From an uncultured Peptococcaceae bacterium (GTDB lineage: Bacteria > Bacillota > Desulfotomaculia > Desulfotomaculales > Desulfohalotomaculaceae): a stretch of DNA of 64,000 nt. The notes beneath the pieces are model-generated. The model was not told the origin of the DNA. It saw nothing but the letters and a program-made list of their open reading frames with translations, and made no database searches. This document shows positions 1-9,233 of the stretch, piece by piece. How positions within the stretch are numbered: the stretch's first letter is position 1; each line of letters opens with the position of its first letter. Made by a program: the position numbers and the translations under genes. The stretch spans positions 9,272 through 73,271 of the forward strand of contig CBEUVQ010000005.1 of NCBI GenBank assembly GCA_965546615.1, given 5' to 3'.

Positions 1-197
1 AAAGTCGGCCGGGATACCTGCATCTTTTCAGCACACTGTTCCTGCTCCAGTGCTTCTAAATCTTTCAAGCGGACAGCTTCCAGCTCTTCTATCGTCAATG
101 ATATTTCTTCCAGGTTTACCAGTGGAACACCGGCAGGTTTAAAATACGTTATCTCGGGAACGAATTCAACCCGCCTGCATTTTGGTGGTCGTGGCAT
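1..197 (-). CDS. DUF134/UPF0251 family putative DNA-binding protein (N-terminal part only; gene runs off the window start)
   Basis: The minus-strand ORF is open to the window edge and is not in the ORF track. ATG at 197 is preceded by a GGGGGTGAGG SD. The translation [48 protein letters not shown] matches the conserved DUF134 N-terminal signature. Confidence 0.8.
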   Translation of the reverse strand, partial: MPRPPKCRRVEFVPEITYFKPAGVPLVNLEEISLTIEELEAVRLKDLEALEQEQCAEKMQVSRPT

Positions 198-253
198 GAT
201 CCTCACCCCCTGGCAATATTTTAAAATATTTTATGAACATATGTCAAAGAAAA

Positions 254-991
254 CTATTTCATCTCAGTTAAGTGCTTCCAATACCTGGCCGGCATAAACT
301 GCCGCTGCAGCTTTGGGTTTTTCCGATCCGGCACGCCGGCGTTTTTAAAGTAATCCCGCCACAGATTTTGGTAAAAAGCCTCTTTTTCCTGTGCAGTAAA
401 ATTGCTTTCACTGTTTAAATCCGTTAAAACCCATTCTTCACCGTTATGAAGAGCGGCGCTGTTTCTTTTCACATCATGAATCACCCATTTTTGACCGGCC
501 AGGCGTTTCGCAAAATGCGGAGCAACCAAACCAACAATATTGTAATCCGGTTCAATAGGTGCATAATAAATATCACCGGCAATTAATTGAAAGCGAATTA
601 AACCCAACATCCGGTGACTTTCACTGCTAACCTTACGGCTGACATTGTGAATTTTGCTAACGTATTGGTTCGTCAAGTGCGAATTCACCTGTTTGCCTAA
701 TTTAAAACCAATGCGCAGATAATGATAAATAGTGTTCTCAATTCCAGGTAATTCTGAAAGATAGGCACGATAAACATGGCGAAGCGCAGCCGGTGATATT
801 TTGTTTATGATGGCGTGATAAACTTTATCTGCTTTTTCCGAATCGGCAGCAATAAAAATTGGGTTAGCAAACAAACCAGGATTATAGCTGCTTTGCGGCA
901 TAATGCTGTCAGGCTTTACAGGATGATAATATGCTTGATAAACAGCGGTAAGCAGTCCGGTAAAGCTGCCGTCATAAAGATAATCGTTCAT
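254..991 (-). CDS. TIGR03915-family putative DNA metabolism protein (obligate partner of the TIGR03916 radical SAM protein)
   Basis: 245-aa ORF. ATG at 991 has a GGGAGAA SD and directly abuts the stop of the upstream radical SAM gene. The N-terminus MNDYLYDGSFTGLLTAVYQAYY is typical of this family. Confidence 0.75.
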   Translation of the reverse strand: MNDYLYDGSFTGLLTAVYQAYYHPVKPDSIMPQSSYNPGLFANPIFIAADSEKADKVYHAIINKISPAALRHVYRAYLSELPGIENTIYHYLRIGFKLGKQVNSHLTNQYVSKIHNVSRKVSSESHRMLGLIRFQLIAGDIYYAPIEPDYNIVGLVAPHFAKRLAGQKWVIHDVKRNSAALHNGEEWVLTDLNSESNFTAQEKEAFYQNLWRDYFKNAGVPDRKNPKLQRQFMPARYWKHLTEMK

Positions 992-2275
992 TTATAATTC
1001 TCCCGTTACACTACTGATAATATCTGAAGCGGTTGGTGCATCAGAAAACAGCGTCAGCTGCTGATACTTTTGCTGTTTACCGGCCAGCAAATGACTGCGC
1101 AGCGCCTCCTCTTTAAAGGGGGCATTCCCGAAATATTTTCCCTTACAAGTAATAAAGTAGCGCGCCCGCTTTAACACTACCCCCAGTTTTTGTAAATGCT
1201 CATAACGCAGCGCAGCCACTCTTCTGGCCGCTAAAATTCTTTTCGCTGATTTTACCCCAATTCCCGGTACGCGCAGCAGCAGTTCATAATCCGCTTTGTT
1301 CACTTCAACCGGAAATAGGTGCAGATTTCTTAACGCCCATCCCGCTTTTGGATCCAAATCAAGATCGAAATTAGGATGCGTGCCGTTCAGTAATTCGCCG
1401 GCGGAAAAGCCGTAAAACCGCAGCAGCCAATCAGCCTGATACAACCTGTTCTCTCTCAGCAGAGGTGGATTAACAAGCTTAGGAAGGTTAGGGTTATCAG
1501 AAACCGGCAGATACGCGGAATAATAAACGCGCTTTAATTTATAGCTTTTATACAAGCTTTCTGATAATCTAAGGATTTGTAAATCGTTTTCAGGGGAAGC
1601 TCCCACAATTAATTGAGTACTCTGCCCGGCCGGTGCAAAGGAAACGGCCTTTCGTGAACGCTTCCGTTCCTGCCGGTGTTCAATAATTTTTCTATGGATG
1701 CCGCCCATTGAATTTAAAATTTGCTGTTTTTTCTTTTGCGGAGCGAGCAGTTTTAAGCTGCCGGCGGTAGGCAGCTCAATATTGGCACTCATCCGGTCAA
1801 CATATTTACCGGCCTCGGCAATCAGTGCAAAATCCGCCCCCGGCAGTGCTTTCAAGTGAATGTAACCGTTAAATTTATATTCTTGACGCAGCAGACGCAC
1901 AGTGCGCAGCAGCAGCTCCATTGTATAGCTGCTGTCAATTAAAATGGCCGAACTTAAAAACAAGCCTTCGATGTAGTTGCGGCGGTAAAAGTTTACAGTT
2001 AAATCAGCCACTTCTTCCGGCGTAAAAGAAGCCCGGGGCAGATCGTTGGAAATTCTGTTTACACAATATGCACAGTCAAAACTGCAGCAGTTTGATAACA
2101 AAATTTTCAACAGTGACACACAGCGGCCGTCATCAGTCCAGCTGTGACAAATACCGCTAACCGCAGCACTGCCGATTCCCCCGGGTGTATTTTTACGCGA
2201 ACTGCCGCTGGATGAACAGGAAACATCATATTTAGCGGCAGCAGATAAAATTTTCAATTTTTCCGCCAAATCCAT
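992..2275 (-). CDS. putative DNA modification/repair radical SAM protein (TIGR03916 family)
   Basis: CSFDCAYC is a CxxxCxxC radical-SAM cluster motif. The C-terminus has a helix-hairpin-helix-like stretch, LLRVPGIGVKSAKRILAARR. I place the start at ATG 2275 (GAGGTG SD 6 nt upstream); the ORF track starts at GTG 2284. Confidence 0.8.
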   Translation of the reverse strand: MDLAEKLKILSAAAKYDVSCSSSGSSRKNTPGGIGSAAVSGICHSWTDDGRCVSLLKILLSNCCSFDCAYCVNRISNDLPRASFTPEEVADLTVNFYRRNYIEGLFLSSAILIDSSYTMELLLRTVRLLRQEYKFNGYIHLKALPGADFALIAEAGKYVDRMSANIELPTAGSLKLLAPQKKKQQILNSMGGIHRKIIEHRQERKRSRKAVSFAPAGQSTQLIVGASPENDLQILRLSESLYKSYKLKRVYYSAYLPVSDNPNLPKLVNPPLLRENRLYQADWLLRFYGFSAGELLNGTHPNFDLDLDPKAGWALRNLHLFPVEVNKADYELLLRVPGIGVKSAKRILAARRVAALRYEHLQKLGVVLKRARYFITCKGKYFGNAPFKEEALRSHLLAGKQQKYQQLTLFSDAPTASDIISSVTGEL

Positions 2276-2290
2276 TACCAGCACCTCAAA

Positions 2291-2308
2291 ACAGAAAGTA
2301 TGTTCTGT
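2291..2308 (-). promoter_or_regulatory. LexA (Cheo/SOS) box-like palindrome
   Basis: The minus strand reads ACAGAACATACTTTCTGT. The core GAACATACTTTC differs at one position from GAAC-N4-GTTC, and the outer arms ACAGAA/TTCTGT are perfect inverted repeats. The site lies between the -10 element and the SD of the radical SAM gene. Confidence 0.35.
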
Positions 2309-2313
2309 AGACT

Positions 2314-2342
2314 ATTATACAGTAATTGAGGTTCTGTGTGGA
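2314..2342 (-). promoter_or_regulatory. sigma-A type promoter candidate for the radical SAM operon
   Basis: The minus strand reads TCCACA-N17-TATAAT. The spacer contains a second ACAGAAC half-site (plus 2319-2337). Confidence 0.35.
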
Positions 2343-2439
2343 AAAATTTTATATATTAGCTGCAGGCACATCATAAATATAGGGCGGCCGGATACTCAAA
2401 AAGCATCTGCCACCCCAACATATTACAACCAGCAGTTTT

Positions 2440-3663
2440 TTAACTTATTTTGTCCAGCTCAAACTTTCTGTGAATAGCTCTCAATGCTTTTTCCGCATCA
2501 GCGGATTTAATTATACAGGAAACTTTGATTTCCGATGTAGTAATCATATCGATGTTAACAGACTCCTCAGCCAGCGCTTGAAACATCATTGCCGCTACCC
2601 CGGGATGGCTGATCATTCCCGCACCAACGATGGAAATTTTAGCCACATCCTCATCGTGGGTATAGCCGCGGAAACCGACTTCTTCTTTCAATTCTTCAAC
2701 CGTTGTCAGTGCTTTACTTAAATCATCACGGGTGATGGTAAAAGAAATATCATTAACGTTATTGCGCATTGCACTTTGAATAATCATATCAACATCGATA
2801 TTTTTTTCAGCCAAAGCGTTAAACACTTTATAAGCAATTCCCGGACGGTCAGGAACATCGAACAAACCAATTTTGGCTACGTTGTAATCATGGGCTGCTC
2901 CGCTGACAATAACATCCTTCTCCATTTTTTCAACCTCCTGAACAATAGTGCCTGAGTTGTAATTAAAACTTGACCGAACATGTATTGGTAATTTATACAG
3001 TTTAGCAAGTTCAACCGAGCGGGGATGCAGCACCCCTGCACCTAAACTGGCCAGTTCTAACATTTCGTCATAAGAGATTGATTCCAGCTTGCTGGCTTCC
3101 GGCACAACCCGAGGGTCGGTGGTATAAACTCCGTCAACATCGGTATAAATCTCACAAACATCAGCTTTTAAAGCCGCTGCGATGGCTACTGCAGAGGTAT
3201 CAGACCCACCGCGACCCAGCGTAAAGATTTCATAGTTATTGTCAATCCCCTGGAAACCGGCAACGATAACAACTCGTCCGTTTTGCAGCTCCCTTTTTAC
3301 TCTTTTAGTATCAATATCAAGTATTTTTGCTTTTTTATGTACTTGATTGGTTTTTATCCCCGCCTGCGCACCGGTAAGTGAAACCGCATCGTACCCCAAC
3401 TCGCGAACAGCCATAGCCAATAACGAAATAGAAACTTGCTCTCCGGTACTTAAAAGCATATCAACTTCTCGCTCCGACGGGGATGCAGAAATTTGTTTCA
3501 TTAAACTAATTAACTCATCAGTGGTATCGCCCATTGCCGACACCACCACAACCATATCATTTCCTTCTTTGCGCCCCTCCACAACCCGACGAGCCACCCT
3601 TTTAATGCGCTCAGGGGTGGCCACCGAACTGCCGCCAAACTTCTGTACAATTAACATTGACAA
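2440..3663 (-). CDS. aspartate kinase
   Basis: 407 aa. It has the N-terminal IVQKFGGSSV kinase motif, the amino-acid kinase fold, and two C-terminal ACT domains. The start is either TTG 3663 or ATG 3657. Confidence 0.9.
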   Translation of the reverse strand: MSMLIVQKFGGSSVATPERIKRVARRVVEGRKEGNDMVVVVSAMGDTTDELISLMKQISASPSEREVDMLLSTGEQVSISLLAMAVRELGYDAVSLTGAQAGIKTNQVHKKAKILDIDTKRVKRELQNGRVVIVAGFQGIDNNYEIFTLGRGGSDTSAVAIAAALKADVCEIYTDVDGVYTTDPRVVPEASKLESISYDEMLELASLGAGVLHPRSVELAKLYKLPIHVRSSFNYNSGTIVQEVEKMEKDVIVSGAAHDYNVAKIGLFDVPDRPGIAYKVFNALAEKNIDVDMIIQSAMRNNVNDISFTITRDDLSKALTTVEELKEEVGFRGYTHDEDVAKISIVGAGMISHPGVAAMMFQALAEESVNIDMITTSEIKVSCIIKSADAEKALRAIHRKFELDKIS

Positions 3664-3745
3664 AAATTCACTCCTGCCTACCTGACGATGTTTTTTAGTT
3701 ACTTATATATTTCATTACTGTAGTATTTTACTGTAAAAAAGCGTT

Positions 3746-4648
3746 TCAATCAACAGATAATGCCCTGGCCCCGGCCGTGCTCGGTTCCAGCACCATTGTT
3801 TTTGCAATTACACCGTTTTCACGAAATGTTTCACGCATCACCCAAGCAATTAAGTCAAAATTGTCATCAGCAAAGGCAATTAATGTCGGCCCTGCCCCGG
3901 ACAGCACTACGCCTTTCGCTCCCGCCAACTTGACTGCAGCCAATACCTTTTTCATTCCGGGAATTAAAGCTGCCCGATAGTTTTGGTGCAGGCGATCTTC
4001 CATTGCATAATTTAACTTACTTAAATCACCTTGACACATCGCCGCCACCAATAACGCCGTCCGGCTGACATTAAAAACAGCATCCTGCAGCGTTACTTGA
4101 CCGGGCAGCGCCTCACGAGCCGCTTTGGTTGCTAATTTAAAATTCGGCACCGCCACCACCGTCTTTAACCCCGGTGGCGGCTGTATTTTAACGCAGTGCA
4201 CTTCTCCTTCGGCAACAGCAGATACCACCATCCCTCCCATTAACGCCGGCGCCACGTTATCGGGATGCCCTTCTATTTTGGTTGCCAACGTTAAAAGATC
4301 ATTGGTATCTAATTTACTTCCCGAAAGGATATTGGCAGCGAGAATTCCGCCGACAATAGCAGCAGCACTGCTGCCAAGGCCTCGGCATACCGGTATTTGA
4401 TTAGTTAATCTAATCTTTAAACCGGAAGGTTTATAATCAACTTGATTAAACAGTTTAAGTGCTGCTCGATAAACGATATTACTTTCGTTTCGGGCAATAC
4501 TTTCCGCCCCGTCGCCAAATACCTCAATAACCAGTCCCTCTTGAATTTGCTGCATCTCCACAAAATTGTACAGTTTCAACGCCATACCCAGGGTATCAAA
4601 ACCCGGTCCTAAATTGGCAGTTGTTGCCGGCACCTGCACCCGAATCAT
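3746..4648 (-). CDS. thrB: homoserine kinase
   Basis: GHMP kinase motifs are present (PATTANLGPGFD, GLGSSAA). The likely start is ATG 4648 (MIRVQVP), 7 nt after the hom stop. The ORF track extends to 4696. Confidence 0.9.
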   Translation of the reverse strand: MIRVQVPATTANLGPGFDTLGMALKLYNFVEMQQIQEGLVIEVFGDGAESIARNESNIVYRAALKLFNQVDYKPSGLKIRLTNQIPVCRGLGSSAAAIVGGILAANILSGSKLDTNDLLTLATKIEGHPDNVAPALMGGMVVSAVAEGEVHCVKIQPPPGLKTVVAVPNFKLATKAAREALPGQVTLQDAVFNVSRTALLVAAMCQGDLSKLNYAMEDRLHQNYRAALIPGMKKVLAAVKLAGAKGVVLSGAGPTLIAFADDNFDLIAWVMRETFRENGVIAKTMVLEPSTAGARALSVD

Positions 4649-4655
4649 GTCATCA

Positions 4656-5945
4656 CTACCCTTCAACACGTATGACATTGCCAATCTCCTTGACACATGA
4701 AAGCTGCCTTAAATCGCACAGGGCATCCTGCATATTTTCTTCTTTCGTCATATGTGTAATCAGCACCAGTTCCGCCTCCGAACCCTCTTTATCTTTTTGA
4801 AAGACTGATGCCAGACTGACATTTTTGTTGCCTAACACCAAAGCAATAGAAGCTAACACGCCTGGTTTGTCAACCACTAACATGCGAATATAAAAGCGGC
4901 TTACTACTTCACTCATCGGTTTAACTGCTTTATGATCATAACATGTACAGCCGATAAAACCGGGCACGTTGTGTACTAAATCCCTCGCAGCGTCCATAAT
5001 ATCCGCCACTACCGCACTGGCTGTAGGCATTTCACCGGCACCTTGACCGTAAAACATCGTTTCTCCTACAGCGTCTCCCTTAACAAACACAGCATTAAAT
5101 GCATCGTTTACTGAAGCCAAAGGATGATCCTTAGGAATCAGAGTGGGATGCACCCGCACTTCAATGCTGTCAGCACCGGCTTTAGCAATGCCCAATAATT
5201 TAATTATATAGCCGAAATCCTTGGCATAAGCAATATCACAGCTGGATATTTTAGTTATCCCTTCAATAAAAACATCATCAAATGTAACGCGGGTATTAAA
5301 AGCAATTGAAGCTAAAATGGCAATTTTGCGGGCGGCATCATAACCTTCAATGTCATTGGTGGGATCCGCCTCAGCATAGCCTTTCATTTGGGCTTCTTGT
5401 AAGACATCGTCAAACTCGCTGCCTTCTTTGGTCATTTTAGTCAGCATATAGTTGGTTGTTCCGTTAATAATGCCAAAAACCTGCTCAACAGTATTGGCAG
5501 CAAGGCTTTGTTTTAAGGTGCGAATAATGGGAATACCGCCGGCAACGCTGGCTTCAAACAGCAGATCACAATTGTTGCTTTTAGCGGCAGCAAATAATTC
5601 TCTGCCGTGGGCTGCCAGCATATCTTTATTTGCTGTAACCACACTTTTTCCTTTATTTAAAGCACTTAATACATACTGCAGAGTTTGCTCCACGCCACCG
5701 AGCACTTCCACCACAATTTCTATTTCGGGGTCGTTCATGATCTCCTCTGCGTTTGTGGTTAAAATTTCTTTATCCAATTCCAGACCGCGGTTTTTATTAA
5801 TATCCCGCACCAAAATTTTTTTGATTTGTATTTCCACACCAACACGCTGCAAAATGGTATCGGCATTATTTTTCAAGATGCGATAAACCCCTCGGCCCAC
5901 TGTTCCCAAGCCCAAAAGGCCAATCTTGACAACTTTGACTGACAT
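4656..5945 (-). CDS. hom: homoserine dehydrogenase
   Basis: 429 aa with an N-terminal Rossmann motif GLLGLGTVG, a homoserine dehydrogenase catalytic domain and a C-terminal ACT domain. A GGAGGG SD precedes the start. Confidence 0.92.
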   Translation of the reverse strand: MSVKVVKIGLLGLGTVGRGVYRILKNNADTILQRVGVEIQIKKILVRDINKNRGLELDKEILTTNAEEIMNDPEIEIVVEVLGGVEQTLQYVLSALNKGKSVVTANKDMLAAHGRELFAAAKSNNCDLLFEASVAGGIPIIRTLKQSLAANTVEQVFGIINGTTNYMLTKMTKEGSEFDDVLQEAQMKGYAEADPTNDIEGYDAARKIAILASIAFNTRVTFDDVFIEGITKISSCDIAYAKDFGYIIKLLGIAKAGADSIEVRVHPTLIPKDHPLASVNDAFNAVFVKGDAVGETMFYGQGAGEMPTASAVVADIMDAARDLVHNVPGFIGCTCYDHKAVKPMSEVVSRFYIRMLVVDKPGVLASIALVLGNKNVSLASVFQKDKEGSEAELVLITHMTKEENMQDALCDLRQLSCVKEIGNVIRVEG

Positions 5946-5974
5946 ATGTATCCCTCCGCTTTTATGAATGCTGT

Positions 5975-6505
5975 TTAACTTTGCCCCACCACATCTACTC
6001 TTTTCACACCACCGATATGTTTAATTGCCTTTACTAATTCTTCCAAATTCCCTTCCAGCTGGGCGGTTTCAATGGCTAAAGTAACCCCGGCCACTCCTTC
6101 GCGGGGAACATTTTGGTTAATGGTGAGCACATTACCGTGCACTTTGGCAATGTTGTTTAAAAGGTTCGACAAAACACCCGCCCGGTGTTCCAGCTCTAAC
6201 GAAATGGTCACAATTTTACCGCGGCTCCACTGATAGAAGGGAAACACACCTTCCCTATACTTATAAAATGCACTTCGCGAAAGTCCTACTTTTTCCACTG
6301 CTTCATTAACAGTAATCGCTTGTCCTTTACGCAGCAGTTCTTTGGCCTGTGCAGTTTTTAAAATAGCTTCCGGTAAAATATCTTCGCGCACTAAAAAAAA
6401 CCGTTGTTCTTTATTAGACAACACTATCTCTCCAATCTGTCTTTGTGGAGGGGATAAAACTCCTTGTGTGATAGACATTATATCACTGCCGCCCGCTGCT
6501 GGCAA
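5975..6505 (-). CDS. ACT domain-containing protein, UPF0735/PheB-like
   Basis: FFLVREDILPEAILKT...VNEAVEKVGLSRSAFYKYREGVFPF followed by an ACT domain resembles B. subtilis PheB. The start is ambiguous: candidates are 6505 TTG, 6478 ATG, 6424 GTG, and 6421 TTG, of which the last has a GGAGAG SD. Confidence 0.75.
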   Translation of the reverse strand: MPAAGGSDIMSITQGVLSPPQRQIGEIVLSNKEQRFFLVREDILPEAILKTAQAKELLRKGQAITVNEAVEKVGLSRSAFYKYREGVFPFYQWSRGKIVTISLELEHRAGVLSNLLNNIAKVHGNVLTINQNVPREGVAGVTLAIETAQLEGNLEELVKAIKHIGGVKRVDVVGQS

Positions 6506-6614
6506 TGATATTTTTTTCCCGATTATAGTTTATCATATGAAGTAATTTACCTAAACGGTAAAAACAATGCATTGCCGGTGAAACAAAAATATCTTTTAAA
6601 TATATAAAATTACC

Positions 6615-6643
6615 TTGACGACCGCCTGCCGTTTGGTTATATT
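6615..6643 (+). promoter_or_regulatory. sigma-A type promoter candidate for cydABDC
   Basis: TTGACG-N17-TATATT lies about 150 nt upstream of the cydA start. Confidence 0.45.
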
Positions 6644-6791
6644 GGTATTAAAGTATACCATAAAAGTATAGTTTTATATATTAAAATCAAACGCTTTTAC
6701 TTTCAGCAAAATAAAATAAATAAAGGGGGTTTAGAGCAGCTGATATATTTTGCGTATATAGTTTGAATAATTAAAAAGGAGGTAAGTGCGT

Positions 6792-8174
6792 ATGAGTGAA
6801 CTACTGCTCGCCCGCATGCAGTTCGGTGTCACCACTGTTTTTCACTTTTTATTTGTCCCGCTCACATTGGGATTGTCAATACTGATTGCAGTAATGGAAA
6901 CAATATATGTGCGCACCGGTAACGAAACCTATAAAAAGATGGCTAAATTCTGGGGTAAGCTTTTTATAATTAACTTTGCGATGGGAGTTGTCACCGGTAT
7001 TGTGCAGGAATTTCAATTTGGCATGAACTGGTCGGGCTATTCTCGTTTTATGGGTGACATCTTTGGTGCCCCACTGGCAGTGGAAGCACTGGCAGCATTC
7101 TTTGTCGAGTCTACATTTTTGGGGTTATGGATATTTGGTTGGGATAAGCTTTCCAAAAAGCTGCACTTGGCAACCATTTGGTTGGTAGCTTTCGCCAGCA
7201 ACTTGTCTGCTTTTTGGATCTTAGTGGCTAATTCTTTCATGCAGGCACCGGTAGGCTATGCAATTCGCAACGGCCGGGCAGAAATGACGGACTTTTTTGC
7301 CCTGCTGAGCAATCCACATGTTTGGTACCAGTTTCCGCATACCGTGCTGGCAGGATTTGCGACCGCCGCATTTTTTGTGATGGGCATCAGTGCCTATCAC
7401 CTGCTGAGAGAAAAGCATACCGATTTTTTCCATCGTTCTTTCCGTCTTGCTGTAGGCTTTGGTCTGGTCAGTATCCTGCTGGTAAGTGCTGTCGGTCATT
7501 CTCAAGGACAGTATCTTAACAAAGCACAGCCAATGAAAATGGCTGCTGCCGAAGCATTGTGGGAAAGCGCCGATCCGGCGCCATTTACCGCAGTCGCACT
7601 AATTGATGAACAAAATCAAACCAACTCTTACGAAATACAAATTCCTAAAATGCTCAGTTTTCTCACTTATAACAGCTTTAGCGGTGAAGTTAAAGGAATT
7701 AAAGAAATTCAAGCGGCGTATGTGAATGAGTACGGTCCGGGCAATTATATTCCGCCGGTAACACCGGTATTTTGGAGTTTCCGCATCATGGTACTGGCCG
7801 GAGCGATAATGGTAGTTTTGGCGGCTTACGGATTATTTGCCGCCATAAAAGGCTCGTTAACTAACCGACGGTATTTACTTAAAGCAATGCTTTTTGCTAT
7901 ACCCCTACCTTACATTGCCAACACATCCGGCTGGCTTATGGCGGAAATCGGCCGCCAGCCCTGGATTGTGCAAGGACTGCAGCGGGTAGAAGAAGGTATT
8001 TCTCCTGCTGTTTCGTCCACTGCTGTGCTGATTACTCTAATCGGCTTTACCGTTCTTTACGGATTGCTGGCAGCAGCAGACTTTTACCTTTTAAAGAAGT
8101 TTGCGGTGCAGGGGCCTGAAGAATCACTGCTGAAAACGCCGGAAACTTCTAAGGAGGTGTCGTTGTGGATTTAA
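6792..8174 (+). CDS. cydA: cytochrome bd-type quinol oxidase subunit I
   Basis: The N-terminus MSELLLARMQFGVTTVFHFLFVPLTLG is the conserved CydA start. The protein is multi-pass membrane. An AGGAGG SD sits 9 nt before ATG 6792. Confidence 0.93.
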   Translation: MSELLLARMQFGVTTVFHFLFVPLTLGLSILIAVMETIYVRTGNETYKKMAKFWGKLFIINFAMGVVTGIVQEFQFGMNWSGYSRFMGDIFGAPLAVEALAAFFVESTFLGLWIFGWDKLSKKLHLATIWLVAFASNLSAFWILVANSFMQAPVGYAIRNGRAEMTDFFALLSNPHVWYQFPHTVLAGFATAAFFVMGISAYHLLREKHTDFFHRSFRLAVGFGLVSILLVSAVGHSQGQYLNKAQPMKMAAAEALWESADPAPFTAVALIDEQNQTNSYEIQIPKMLSFLTYNSFSGEVKGIKEIQAAYVNEYGPGNYIPPVTPVFWSFRIMVLAGAIMVVLAAYGLFAAIKGSLTNRRYLLKAMLFAIPLPYIANTSGWLMAEIGRQPWIVQGLQRVEEGISPAVSSTAVLITLIGFTVLYGLLAAADFYLLKKFAVQGPEESLLKTPETSKEVSLWI

Positions 8175-9169
8175 ATATCCTTTGGTTTTCCTTAGTGACT
8201 GTTTTGTTTATCGGCTTCTTTTTCTTGGAAGGTTTTGATTACGGTGTAGGTATTCTGCTTCCCTTCTTAGGAAAAAATGATATCGAACGACGCATCATCA
8301 TCAATACCATCGGGCCGGTTTGGGATGGCAATGAAGTATGGATGATTACTGCCGGTGGTGCCATGTTTGCCGCTTTTCCCAACTGGTATGCCACAATGTT
8401 CAGTGGTTTCTACTTGGCACTGTTTCTGCTGCTGGCGGCTTTAATTGTGCGCGGTGCAGCCTTTGAGTTCCGCAGCAAAGAAAACAACCCCGTTTGGCGT
8501 AAGTTTTGGGACGGTGCTATTTTCATCGGCAGTGCAGTGCCCGCTCTTCTTTGGGGGGTAGCGTTAACCAACCTCATTAAGGGACTGCCGATTGACATGA
8601 ATATGGAGTATGTCGGTTCTTTTTGGGATCTTTTGTCACCATATACCGTAATCGGCGGCCTGGCCGGCCTGTTGATTTTTACTTTACACGGAGCTGTTTT
8701 TCTTACGCTGAAAACAGAAGGCGAATTGATAAAGCGGGCGCGTAAAGCGGCACTGCGCATTGGAATTTCAGCACTGCCCGTACTGGTACTGCTGGTGGTG
8801 TTAAGTTACAGTCAAACAGATATCTTTTCCCGGGTAGGAGCAGGTGCTGCTTTATGGGGCGCAGTACTGATGCTTACTGCTGCCTGCTGGCTGCTGCGGG
8901 CAGAAAAATGCGGTTTGGCTTTTATCGCTAACGGCTTAAGCATTGTACTTTTTACCCTGGGTCTCTTTTGGGGTCTTTTCCCGCGGGTAATGATTTCCAG
9001 CCTCAATCCGGATTGGAATTTAACTATTTATAATGCTTCTTCCAGTCCTTATACTTTAAAGCTAATGACAATAATCGCTTTAACATTAGTGCCAATTGTA
9101 CTAATGTACCAAGGATGGACTTATTGGATTTTCCGCAAACGTGTCACCGAAAAAGATTTAGAATATTGA
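8165..9169 (+). CDS. cydB: cytochrome bd-type quinol oxidase subunit II
   Basis: 334-aa polytopic membrane protein with the motifs FLEGFDYGVG and WDGNEVW. GTG 8165 has an AAGGAGG SD and overlaps the cydA end. Confidence 0.92.
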   Translation: MDLNILWFSLVTVLFIGFFFLEGFDYGVGILLPFLGKNDIERRIIINTIGPVWDGNEVWMITAGGAMFAAFPNWYATMFSGFYLALFLLLAALIVRGAAFEFRSKENNPVWRKFWDGAIFIGSAVPALLWGVALTNLIKGLPIDMNMEYVGSFWDLLSPYTVIGGLAGLLIFTLHGAVFLTLKTEGELIKRARKAALRIGISALPVLVLLVVLSYSQTDIFSRVGAGAALWGAVLMLTAACWLLRAEKCGLAFIANGLSIVLFTLGLFWGLFPRVMISSLNPDWNLTIYNASSSPYTLKLMTIIALTLVPIVLMYQGWTYWIFRKRVTEKDLEY

Positions 9170-9233
9170 TTAACTAATGCCAAACAGCCAAGATAATGCC
9201 TTGGCTGTTTGTCTCCGTGAAGCAGGTGTTGTC

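Noticed and set aside
6541-6791. A Rex operator upstream of cydA.
   Set aside because: I found no match to TTGTGAA-N4-TTCACAA or the clostridial TTGTTAA-type consensus. Only unrelated short repeats are present, and these are reported separately.
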